From assembly GCA_963662515.1 (NCBI GenBank), contig OY759675.1, forward strand, positions 1,733,473-1,797,472: a stretch of DNA of 64,000 nucleotides. Reading direction: 5' to 3'. The position numbers and the translations under genes are program-made. Shown piece after piece: positions 24,961 through 33,344 of the stretch (its first letter is position 1; each line of letters begins with the position of its first letter). The notes below the pieces were generated by a model, which was not told the DNA's origin, searched no databases, and worked only from the letters and a program-made list of their open reading frames with translations. The stretch comes from Sedimentisphaerales bacterium (GTDB lineage: Bacteria; Planctomycetota; Phycisphaerae; Sedimentisphaerales; SM23-30).

Positions 24961-25704
24961 ATGGCAATTGAGCAAGAGTCTTATTCTCCTGTTTACAACC
25001 AGAGCGAGGTACTTTTCAGAGCTCGCAGTGCCATTACCGGCAGATACTGGTCTGTGGTTGGTTATATTTTGCTGGTCAACCTTATTATGGGTGTGTTAAG
25101 CAATATACCAGCTTGGGGATGGATTGCTTACTATTTATTGCAGGGTGCTTTTGAATTTGGTATCTCTCTGATCTTTCTTGCTCTTATTCGCTCGCAGAAT
25201 TCTGATTGTTCTATGCTTTTTTCTGGATTTAAAATTTTTGGTACTACTCTGGCCGCGTTTCTGCTCCGACTTATTTTTACGCTGCTCTGGATGCTCTTAT
25301 TGATAATCCCCGGCATAATCGCCTACTATCGTTATTCGCAGACCTTCTTTATTCTGGCTTCTGGCAGGCAGTCCGATCCAATGGAAGCGATAAATCATAG
25401 CATCAAAATGATGGATGGATATAAATGGTCTCTTTTTATGCTTGACCTGCATTTTACATTTCTTTCATTTCTCTTTCTGGTGCCAATAATAATATTGGCA
25501 TTTCTTGTGCCGCAGGGCCATTCTTCTTCAGTTGCCTTTTATGTTTTGATCACGCTTATGGTTTCATATTTCGTCTTTATCTTTTTCTGGCTCCAGCCTT
25601 ACTGGTTTGCGGCACATGCTGCCTTTTTTGACATGATTGCGGGGGGAGAACCGGTTTCAGATGATAATTCTTACCTTGAAACCTGTCAGGGCAATGATGT
25701 TTGA
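24961..25704 (+). CDS. DUF975-family integral membrane protein
   Basis: The block RARSAITGRYWSVVGYILLVNLIMG...LLQGAFEFGISLIFLALIR...FSGF matches the DUF975 layout. I prefer the internal ATG at 24961 (MAIEQESYSP) over the ORF-track start at 24832. Confidence 0.6.
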   Translation: MAIEQESYSPVYNQSEVLFRARSAITGRYWSVVGYILLVNLIMGVLSNIPAWGWIAYYLLQGAFEFGISLIFLALIRSQNSDCSMLFSGFKIFGTTLAAFLLRLIFTLLWMLLLIIPGIIAYYRYSQTFFILASGRQSDPMEAINHSIKMMDGYKWSLFMLDLHFTFLSFLFLVPIIILAFLVPQGHSSSVAFYVLITLMVSYFVFIFFWLQPYWFAAHAAFFDMIAGGEPVSDDNSYLETCQGNDV

Positions 25705-25992
25705 TGCTGACTGCTCCTGCCTGTTCTGCTTTTTTAAACCATCTGTTCTGTATAGCTTAATGTCAAGTTCAGAGCTTTTACTCAAATGATTTTCTGTGAG
25801 TTATTATTATTTTCATAGACACAGGCAGGGCGGAACTATATAATTTATAACTCTTTGTGTTTGTCGTTAATCTGGCGATACAAGAGAGCTGGTTTCCTGT
25901 TGGGTGTTTGGCTCTGCTGTTTTCAACTGAGCCCCGGCAGGATGATATGTTTTATAACTAATTGTATTTTAATAATTTAAGCAAGGGCAGGC

Positions 25993-27702
25993 ATGACCAT
26001 GAGCCAGACTCCGGAAAACAATTCCAACAGCATGGAAAACACTTCTGATGCTAGCGTTAATCCCGTTACTCCCGTTACTCCCGACCATGTTAAAGTGATC
26101 GCCAGTGATGAGCACCCGGCATTTAATACTGCCAGTAAGAAAACTGAGTTTGGTAAGCCCATCGCCCCAGAAGATATCGATTCTGCTTCTGTTGAAAGAG
26201 AGATCGCTGATGCTCTGGGTGATATGTCCTTGTTAGATATGGATACTATTCTGGCGGCTCCATCAAAGGCCAGGGCAGCGGCTCCGGTTAGTGCTGAAGA
26301 TAAGCCAATTCCAGGTATTTTGCGAGGTCAGGTATTCAGAATTGCCAAAGACGGTTTATTTATTACCGGGCTGGGCGGTAAGAGCGAGGGTTTCCTGCCG
26401 ATTGCAGAGGTTGATGACTGCCCGGATATCAAAGAGGGTGATGCTATTGATGTTTGTATCGTTGGTCGTGACCCCAAAGATGGCATGATCATGCTTTCGC
26501 GTAATGCCGCGGCCCAGCAGATAATGCTCAAGAACCTCAAGGCTGGCGACCATGTCGAAGTTACGGTTACCAGCAGTAATAAAGGTGGATTGGAAGTTAA
26601 GATCAAAGGCGGCGTGAAGGCCTTTATGCCCATTTCACAGATCGATTTGCATCGGGTAGAAGATGAGGACAAGGATAAATACATTAACCGCAAGTTCATT
26701 TGCGAAGTTACTCAGGCAGGTCATGGTGATAAGAACATAGTTGTTAGTCGTCGCCGTATCTTGCAGGCTGAGCAGGAGGCTAATGCCGGTCAGCTCTGGA
26801 CAGAGCTGGAAGTCGGTCAGATCCGTCGCGGCGTGGTTCGCAGCGTCATGGATTATGGTGCCTTTGTTGATCTGGGCGGCGTAGAGGGGCTGGTGCATGT
26901 CAGCGAGCTGAGCTGGGCTCATATTGATAAGCCTTCAGAGATGGTAGTTGCCGGTCAGGAAGTTGAAGTCTTTATTAAAGAAGTTAATCAGGATAAAAAA
27001 CGCCTTTCACTCAGTCTTAAGATGGTTAACGGTAACCCATGGGCTACAGTTGAAGAGAAATATCCAGTTGGCTCCAGAGTGCAGGCCAAGGTTGTTCGTC
27101 TGATGAATTTCGGGGCTTTTGCCGAGCTGGAACCGGGAATTGATGGCCTGATTCCAGTCAGCGAGATGAGCTGGCTGGGCAGGGTGCATCATCCTCAGGA
27201 TGTTCTCAAGATTGGTGATGTCGTTGAGACTGAAATATTGAAATGTTCTAAAGACAGCAAGCAGATATCTATGAGCATTAAGGCTCTGCAGGGTAATCCG
27301 TGGAATAATATCGAGCAGAAATATGTGGTAGGACAGGACTATGAAGGTCAGGTCGTGCGACTGAGCGATTTCGGGGCCTTTGTGCAGCTTGAGCCCGGTG
27401 TTGATGGACTGATACATGTTTCTGAGCTATCTGATAAACATGTTAAACGCCCGGCTGATGCAGTAAAAGAAGGCGAGACGGTTAAGGCCAGAGTGCTGGA
27501 AGTTGACCAGAATCGCAAACGCATTGCCCTGAGCCTTAAAGCTCTGATCGTGCCGGAAATCAGCCAGGAAGAGATCAATCTGGTTAATGCTCCTGAACAG
27601 ACTGCTCCGGTAAGTGAAACCGCCAAACCTAAACGCAAAAAGGACCTAAAAGGCGGCCTGTCTTGTATGAGTAATGATAATCCTTTTGGCCTGAAGCTTT
27701 GA
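25993..27702 (+). CDS. rpsA: 30S ribosomal protein S1
   Basis: It contains six S1 (OB-fold) repeats, e.g. GVVRSVMDYGAFVDLGGVEGLVHVSELSW, AKVVRLMNFGAFAELEPGIDGLIPVSEMSW and GQVVRLSDFGAFVQLEPGVDGLIHVSELSD. There is a low-complexity N-terminal extension of about 100 aa. Confidence 0.92.
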   Translation: MTMSQTPENNSNSMENTSDASVNPVTPVTPDHVKVIASDEHPAFNTASKKTEFGKPIAPEDIDSASVEREIADALGDMSLLDMDTILAAPSKARAAAPVSAEDKPIPGILRGQVFRIAKDGLFITGLGGKSEGFLPIAEVDDCPDIKEGDAIDVCIVGRDPKDGMIMLSRNAAAQQIMLKNLKAGDHVEVTVTSSNKGGLEVKIKGGVKAFMPISQIDLHRVEDEDKDKYINRKFICEVTQAGHGDKNIVVSRRRILQAEQEANAGQLWTELEVGQIRRGVVRSVMDYGAFVDLGGVEGLVHVSELSWAHIDKPSEMVVAGQEVEVFIKEVNQDKKRLSLSLKMVNGNPWATVEEKYPVGSRVQAKVVRLMNFGAFAELEPGIDGLIPVSEMSWLGRVHHPQDVLKIGDVVETEILKCSKDSKQISMSIKALQGNPWNNIEQKYVVGQDYEGQVVRLSDFGAFVQLEPGVDGLIHVSELSDKHVKRPADAVKEGETVKARVLEVDQNRKRIALSLKALIVPEISQEEINLVNAPEQTAPVSETAKPKRKKDLKGGLSCMSNDNPFGLKL

Positions 27703-27792
27703 ATAACGAAGTAGTCTGGTAATAACAGGTTTCTGCTGACAGACCAGTTCGGTTTGATGCAGTAGTCTGTTTGGTAACATGGAGGTTCGCTC

Positions 27793-28995
27793 ATGACTGT
27801 TCGATCAGGATGTATAGGCATATTGACAGCCGGGGGCGATTGTCCCGGGCTTAATGCCGCCATTCGCGCTTTGACTTTGGCGGCAGCCAGGCGTGGCATG
27901 GATGTTATCGGCATTTGTGATGGGTTCAGCGGCCTGATCAGCAATCAAACTATTGTGCTTTCTGCCGATAATGTCAGCGAAATACTCCGAGTTGGTGGTA
28001 CTATGCTTGGTACCAGTCGGCTTAAGCTCAGAAAAGTGCGTATTCGCAGCGAGAAAGTCAATCTGGAAGATGTTGCTCTGCAGAATATAATGGCAAACCG
28101 CATTGATACTCTGGTGTGTCTGGGGGGCGGGGGAACGCAGAAAAATGCCTGTAAGTTAATGAAGCGAGGATTGGATGTGATTACTCTGCCCAAGACCATC
28201 GATAATGATGTTTGGGGTACTGATCTTTGTTTTGGTTATGATTCAGCCGTGCAGATAGCGGCAAATGCCCTCGAGCAGCTCATCAGTACTGCCAGAAGCC
28301 ATCATCGGATAATGGTTTGCGAGCTTATGGGGCATAAGGCCGGCTGGCTGGCCCTATCGGCCGGGATTGCTGCCGGGGCTGATGTTATCCTTATACCTGA
28401 AATACCCTATGAGCTGGAAGTGATTGCCCGGCATATTGCCGCCAGAAAACAGGCTGGCTTCGACCATACTATTATTGCCGTTGCTGAAGGGGCTGTGAGC
28501 AGAGAAATGGCCTCTGTGAAAGACAAATGTTCTGCCAGCAATTCCTCCTCAGTAGATCAGGATAAACAGCGAGCTGATGTGGTTTATGATTCGCTGCAGC
28601 AGGCAGCCAGAGCTGCTGACCTGCGAGATGATCCGGTAAAGCCAAAGCAGCTCGATAATCCCCCGATCTTATATCATATGGTGCATGAACCTTTGGCATG
28701 CCAGATAGCACGCAAATTACAGGAAATGACTGGCTCTGAGGCTCGGGCTACTATCTTAGGACATGTCCAGCGGGGGGGCTGTCCTTCCGTTGCTGACAGG
28801 CAACTGGCAACTATGCTGGGTGTTCATGCTATTGATTCTATTGAATGCGGCAGTGTAAATAATATGATCGCCTGGATTAATAATGCCCCAGCTGTCGTTC
28901 CGCTGGAGCAAGTAGCTGGCAAACGCAAGGTAGTTCCCCCTGAAAGCCCATTGCTTCAGGCCGCCAGAATGACCGGTTGTTGTCTGGGCGATTAA
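27793..28995 (+). CDS. pfk: 6-phosphofructokinase family protein (phosphoryl donor unresolved)
   Basis: Motifs are GILTAGGDCPGLNAAIRA, LPKTIDNDV, MGHKAGWLAL and TILGHVQRGG. The GGDGS motif is replaced by GGGGT, and there is an insert of about 55 aa (see findings). Confidence 0.85.
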   Translation: MTVRSGCIGILTAGGDCPGLNAAIRALTLAAARRGMDVIGICDGFSGLISNQTIVLSADNVSEILRVGGTMLGTSRLKLRKVRIRSEKVNLEDVALQNIMANRIDTLVCLGGGGTQKNACKLMKRGLDVITLPKTIDNDVWGTDLCFGYDSAVQIAANALEQLISTARSHHRIMVCELMGHKAGWLALSAGIAAGADVILIPEIPYELEVIARHIAARKQAGFDHTIIAVAEGAVSREMASVKDKCSASNSSSVDQDKQRADVVYDSLQQAARAADLRDDPVKPKQLDNPPILYHMVHEPLACQIARKLQEMTGSEARATILGHVQRGGCPSVADRQLATMLGVHAIDSIECGSVNNMIAWINNAPAVVPLEQVAGKRKVVPPESPLLQAARMTGCCLGD

Positions 28996-29126
28996 CACAA
29001 GCTCAACTTCCCGATAATGTTGGATAGGCTTATTAGGCAGTAGCTGCAATATCAGGTTATGTCTGTTTCTGGTTTTGGCATGACTTTATTAAATCAAATT
29101 AACATTTAAAATAATACGAAATTTCA

Positions 29127-30272
29127 ATGATATACTTAATTCTGGAACACTATCTCAAAGATTTTATGTTTAACACACTGGGCTTTTATTCCTGGGAAGA
29201 AGTGTTATTACGCTCGCTTTTGTCTATGCTCACCAGTTTACTGCTTTGTCTGTGGTTGGGGCCCAAGGTGATTCGCTGGCTCAAGAAAAAGAAGATCGGT
29301 GATATTCCTAATTTCGACCATGAATTATTAAATCAGAAGAACAGTCATAAAGACAGTACGCCTACGATGGGCGGCATTCTTATACTTATCAGTATTATTG
29401 TCAGTACGCTGCTCTGGGCTGACCTTACTAATCAGTTCGTGATTAAAGGACTTTTTGTTATGGTCTGGCTGGGACTTCTGGGCGGAGTTGACGATTGGCT
29501 CAAACTGACAAAGTCGTCTCAGGTGCGTAACCGCCATGGTCTGCTGAGCTGGGAAAAAATGATGTATCAGATCGGTCTGGGGGCTCTGGTTGGTGCATTT
29601 CTTTATCTGGTCGATTTTAAAAATATTGAAGATGGCCAGAAACTCTGGCTGCCTTTTTGTAAGGCTGGGTTTGATATAAAGTTCATCGGCTTTCTGATCA
29701 TGTCGATATTGGTAATTACCGCAACAAGTAATGCTGTTAATCTTACTGATGGCATGGACGGCCTGGCTTCGGGTTGTATAGGTATTGTTGCTTTGGTGTT
29801 GGCAGTATTGTGTTATCTTGCCAGTGAGCCTTTGAGCCTCACAACTAATCAGACCTGGGCCAGTTATCTGCGATTGCCGCAGATTCCCGGAGCTGGCGAG
29901 TTATCTATTGTCTGTATGGCAATGCTCGGAGCCTGTCTGGGCTTTCTCTGGTTCAACTGCTACCCGGCGGAGGTATTTATGGGCGACACCGGCAGTCTGC
30001 CCTTAGGTGGGCTTATTGGTTATGCCGCTATTGTTACCCGCCATGAACTTTTACTGGTTATTCTAGGCGGTGTGTTTGTTATAGAGGTACTGAGTGTTAT
30101 GATACAGGTATCTTATTTCAAACGAACCGGCGGCAAAAGAATTTTCAAATGCACTCCTATTCATCATCATTTCCACTTGAGCGGATGGAATGAGCCCAAA
30201 GTAGTTGTCCGCTTCTGGCTGCTTGGTATTGCCTTTGCTGCCTTAGCACTGGCAACTCTAAAACTAAGATAA
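29127..30272 (+). CDS. mraY: Phospho-N-acetylmuramoyl-pentapeptide transferase
   Basis: Motifs are NAVNLTDGMDGLASG, MGDTGSLPLGG and PIHHHFH, in a polytopic membrane profile. Confidence 0.93.
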   Translation: MIYLILEHYLKDFMFNTLGFYSWEEVLLRSLLSMLTSLLLCLWLGPKVIRWLKKKKIGDIPNFDHELLNQKNSHKDSTPTMGGILILISIIVSTLLWADLTNQFVIKGLFVMVWLGLLGGVDDWLKLTKSSQVRNRHGLLSWEKMMYQIGLGALVGAFLYLVDFKNIEDGQKLWLPFCKAGFDIKFIGFLIMSILVITATSNAVNLTDGMDGLASGCIGIVALVLAVLCYLASEPLSLTTNQTWASYLRLPQIPGAGELSIVCMAMLGACLGFLWFNCYPAEVFMGDTGSLPLGGLIGYAAIVTRHELLLVILGGVFVIEVLSVMIQVSYFKRTGGKRIFKCTPIHHHFHLSGWNEPKVVVRFWLLGIAFAALALATLKLR

Positions 30273-30958
30273 TCTCAATTGATTGGTTAATTCAGCAGCT
30301 TTCTGACCTCAGGATAAACAGAGGACGCACCTGATCTTGTTGGATGCTGTCTTGATCTCGCCTTGCATGGCTCTGTTTGTAAATGTTTCTGATATAAAGA
30401 CTTAATGGGATGTATTTTAAGCATTACAGGGCTGTAATCATTCTTGTTTTTTTCCTGAGCTATGTGCCAAAATTCTTTGTTTGAAATTGTTGGTGTATGC
30501 CAATATCTATTATTATCTTATTGCAAGACAGCCAGTTTTCCACAGCAGGTGGCTTTCTGTCTCTAACAGCTGTTCTTCCTTGCCCCCAATAATCCCCGTA
30601 ATCGAGACCGTTTACTCATTATTATGTTATGTGAGATATTCTATTAGCAGATAAATATCTATGGGGCAGTATGCCGGTGAATTATTTATAGGATTTATCG
30701 CTGTCAGGAGAATTGTGTTTTTAGCAAACATATATTTCAAAAATACTTAAGGTCTTGTTTTCCAGGGTATTAGGTTGATATGTTTTGGGTTTTTCATGGC
30801 AGTTTGACTGCAAATACTAATATAACTGTCAAAAATAGCGGAATAATTGTTTTGTTGAGTCATAGATATATGGAGTAGTTAAATGCATCTATTTTATCAG
30901 TGTTATCAGTTTAAATCATTTAGTTATCTGACCTTTAGTATTTGAGACAGGAAATATC

Positions 30959-31501
30959 GTGCAGGGTAAAAAAGAAGATATGGATTACCGCGAATATATG
31001 TCGCTATTATCTTTGAATTATCAGAGTATATATAGTTATATATTAATGTTGGTGGCTAATCATAATAATGCTGACGATATTATGCAGGAAACTACAATAC
31101 TGATGTATGAGAAGTTTAATGTATTTGAGAAGGGTACAGATTTTTTATCCTGGGCCCGCAAAATAGCCAAATACAAGACTATGGAGTATTATCGCAAGCA
31201 GAAGCGGGAGAAGTTGGTATTTGATCAGGATCTGGTAGAGTTGATCGATCAGGAGTGCAAGACCTTTAAAGAAAATGAAGATGACTGGCTTGATACTCTG
31301 GGTAAATGTGTTTCAGACCTGGAAAGGTCAGACCGGGAATTATTGCATATAAGATACCATGAAAATGCCAGCGTGCTGGAGATATCCCGCCGGTTTGGCT
31401 GTTCATTTCAGAAAGTATATCGTGCGATGGCGAGAATTAATGGTTTATTGCATCGTTGTATGCGTCGCAAGTTAGGTATGGAGCAGATATATGATGCATA
31501 A
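30959..31501 (+). CDS. ECF-type RNA polymerase sigma factor (locus 1)
   Basis: Sigma-70 region 2 (DADDIMQETTILMYEKF...FLSWARKIAKYKTMEYYRKQKRE) and region 4 HTH (ASVLEISRRFGCSFQKVYRAMARI) are both present. The GTG start is preceded by AGGAAA. Confidence 0.88.
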   Translation: MQGKKEDMDYREYMSLLSLNYQSIYSYILMLVANHNNADDIMQETTILMYEKFNVFEKGTDFLSWARKIAKYKTMEYYRKQKREKLVFDQDLVELIDQECKTFKENEDDWLDTLGKCVSDLERSDRELLHIRYHENASVLEISRRFGCSFQKVYRAMARINGLLHRCMRRKLGMEQIYDA

Positions 31502-33176
31502 CGAAAATAGCAAAAAATGGCATCGTATGGGCCTGATCCTCCAGAGATCGCTTGAAGGTGATCTGACTCAGCCTGAGAGGTTATGGCTTATATCTGTTTT
31601 GCATTCTGATGCTCAAGCCAGGGAATTTTATATAGGTTTTATGAAAGTGCATTCCGGTTTGCGAATGATATCTGCTGAGATATTACCAGAGACGGCAAGT
31701 AAGAATAATGTAAGTCTCAATGATCTGTTGCAGGGATTGTCAGAATATGAGCAGGAGGCTCCAGAGGCAGTAATTCCCGCGGATACCGAGCCGGTATCGA
31801 CAATAGAGGTATCAGATTTTGGGAGCCGGATTCGCAAAAAGAGTAAGTTGGAAAATCTGCTGCTGTTGGGTTCAATAGCAGCGGTTTTATTGATTGCGGT
31901 GGCCGGAATAATGTTTCCACCTGCTATGGGGCGTGAGGTGGCAACAATTACAGATATGCTCTCAGCTCGTTGGCAGAATAATGGGGTTAAGTATGAACCG
32001 GGTACTAGAATATTCAAACGAGAACGGATGCAATTAGAGGATGGATTAGCCGAGCTGGCATTTGATAATGGAGTTCGTGTAACAATAGAGTCGCCTGCAT
32101 CATTTAAGGTGCGGTCCGATATGCAGATAGATCTGGAATATGGCAAACTGTTTGCTACCGTTCCAGGCGGTGCGTCTGGCTTTACTGTTAAGACTCGGGT
32201 GGCGAAGGTAGTTGATATCGGCACACGCTTTGGTGTAGAAGTTGATAAGGCTGGGGCCGTTTCATTGCATGTAATTAAAGGGCAAACCAAACTGGGTTTG
32301 AACCGCTTCTGGAATAGTGAAAGTGTAGATGTTAATGGTGGTGCTGCCCGCAAGGTATCAGTCAGTGAAGAAATAACAGAAATAAACTGTAACAACAGGC
32401 TTTTTGCTCAGGAGATAAGCTCCCGGAGTAATACGGTCTGGCGAGGAGAAGAGCAGTTAGATCTTGCCGATGTGGTATGTGGTGGGAATGGTTTTAATAC
32501 CGGCAATGCCGAGATGGTTATTGACCCATTAACTGGTGAACTTCAACCATACATGGAGAGAGGGTCGATAACAAGGCGTGCGCAGGCAATATTTTTGCCC
32601 ACAGAGTCTTTAGCTTATGTTGATGGTGTTTTTGTTCCAGATGGTGGCGATGGAGCAATAGAGATAACATCTACAGGCATCAGGTATAGCGATTGCCCAG
32701 ACACATCAGGAGCGACGCGTAAAGATATTACAGTGTTGAATAAGGTATATGATAATGAGGGTGGAGATCTCATTCTGGGAGATTATAAATATGGTTATCC
32801 GTATCGCCCTGCGATATGCATGCAGGCCAATAAAGGAATTACTTTTGATCTTAACGCGATCAGGGCTGATCTGGAAAATGTGGAAATAGAGTATTTTGAA
32901 GCTTTATGTGCTATGGCTTCGCTAGGTACTGCAATGAATACAGGTATGGGGCCTGCTGGTAAGGCAGATTTCAGAATACTGCTAGATGGTGTGGAGCAAA
33001 AGGTTATCAGCGATGTACGCACTGATTTCAGTGAGAAGGTTCGTGTTGATATTGAGCCGGAACACCGGTTTCTTACTATAATGACTACCGATCATCAACT
33101 TAAGGGCGAATCAGATCCGATCGGCTGGGACAGATGTTTTCTGGGTGAGCCGGTATTGGGTTTAAAAAGTAGATAA
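31491..33176 (+). CDS. FecR-family anti-sigma factor with a long C-terminal extension (locus 1)
   Basis: It overlaps the sigma gene by 11 nt. It has an N-terminal anti-sigma helix region, one TM helix (LLLLGSIAAVLLIAVAGIMF), a FecR domain (DIGTRFGVEVDKAGAVSLHVIKGQTKL) and an extra C-terminal domain of about 245 aa. Confidence 0.85.
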   Translation: MMHNENSKKWHRMGLILQRSLEGDLTQPERLWLISVLHSDAQAREFYIGFMKVHSGLRMISAEILPETASKNNVSLNDLLQGLSEYEQEAPEAVIPADTEPVSTIEVSDFGSRIRKKSKLENLLLLGSIAAVLLIAVAGIMFPPAMGREVATITDMLSARWQNNGVKYEPGTRIFKRERMQLEDGLAELAFDNGVRVTIESPASFKVRSDMQIDLEYGKLFATVPGGASGFTVKTRVAKVVDIGTRFGVEVDKAGAVSLHVIKGQTKLGLNRFWNSESVDVNGGAARKVSVSEEITEINCNNRLFAQEISSRSNTVWRGEEQLDLADVVCGGNGFNTGNAEMVIDPLTGELQPYMERGSITRRAQAIFLPTESLAYVDGVFVPDGGDGAIEITSTGIRYSDCPDTSGATRKDITVLNKVYDNEGGDLILGDYKYGYPYRPAICMQANKGITFDLNAIRADLENVEIEYFEALCAMASLGTAMNTGMGPAGKADFRILLDGVEQKVISDVRTDFSEKVRVDIEPEHRFLTIMTTDHQLKGESDPIGWDRCFLGEPVLGLKSR

Positions 33177-33344
33177 TGTTCCTAATGATTAATGTATAAA
33201 TACTGTGGTCATAAGTCTGATCGCGGCAGTTATAGTTTTCTATTTGCGGTTTATTATGCGAGGCAGTTCAGACTGTCAGTGCATTTTGTATTATTAGAAC
33301 TATCTTATTTTGTAATTGCATTTCTGGTTGAATTATTGGCCGGA

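Noticed and set aside
30273-30958. A 686-bp non-coding gap after mraY, considered as a possible ncRNA or riboswitch locus
   Set aside because: I could not recognise any known riboswitch or RNA motif. Only a weak AT-rich hairpin with a T-run is present (about 30424-30455), possibly the mraY terminator. It is most simply the promoter/leader region of ECF locus 1.
33192-33344. N-terminal extensions given by the ORF track for several secreted proteins (33192, 38356, 44595, 49426; also 24832, 42893, 56451, 60075)
   Set aside because: In each case an internal start with a Shine-Dalgarno-like sequence yields a clean signal peptide or a canonical family N-terminus. The upstream extension overlaps the preceding gene, a terminator hairpin or an IS terminal repeat.
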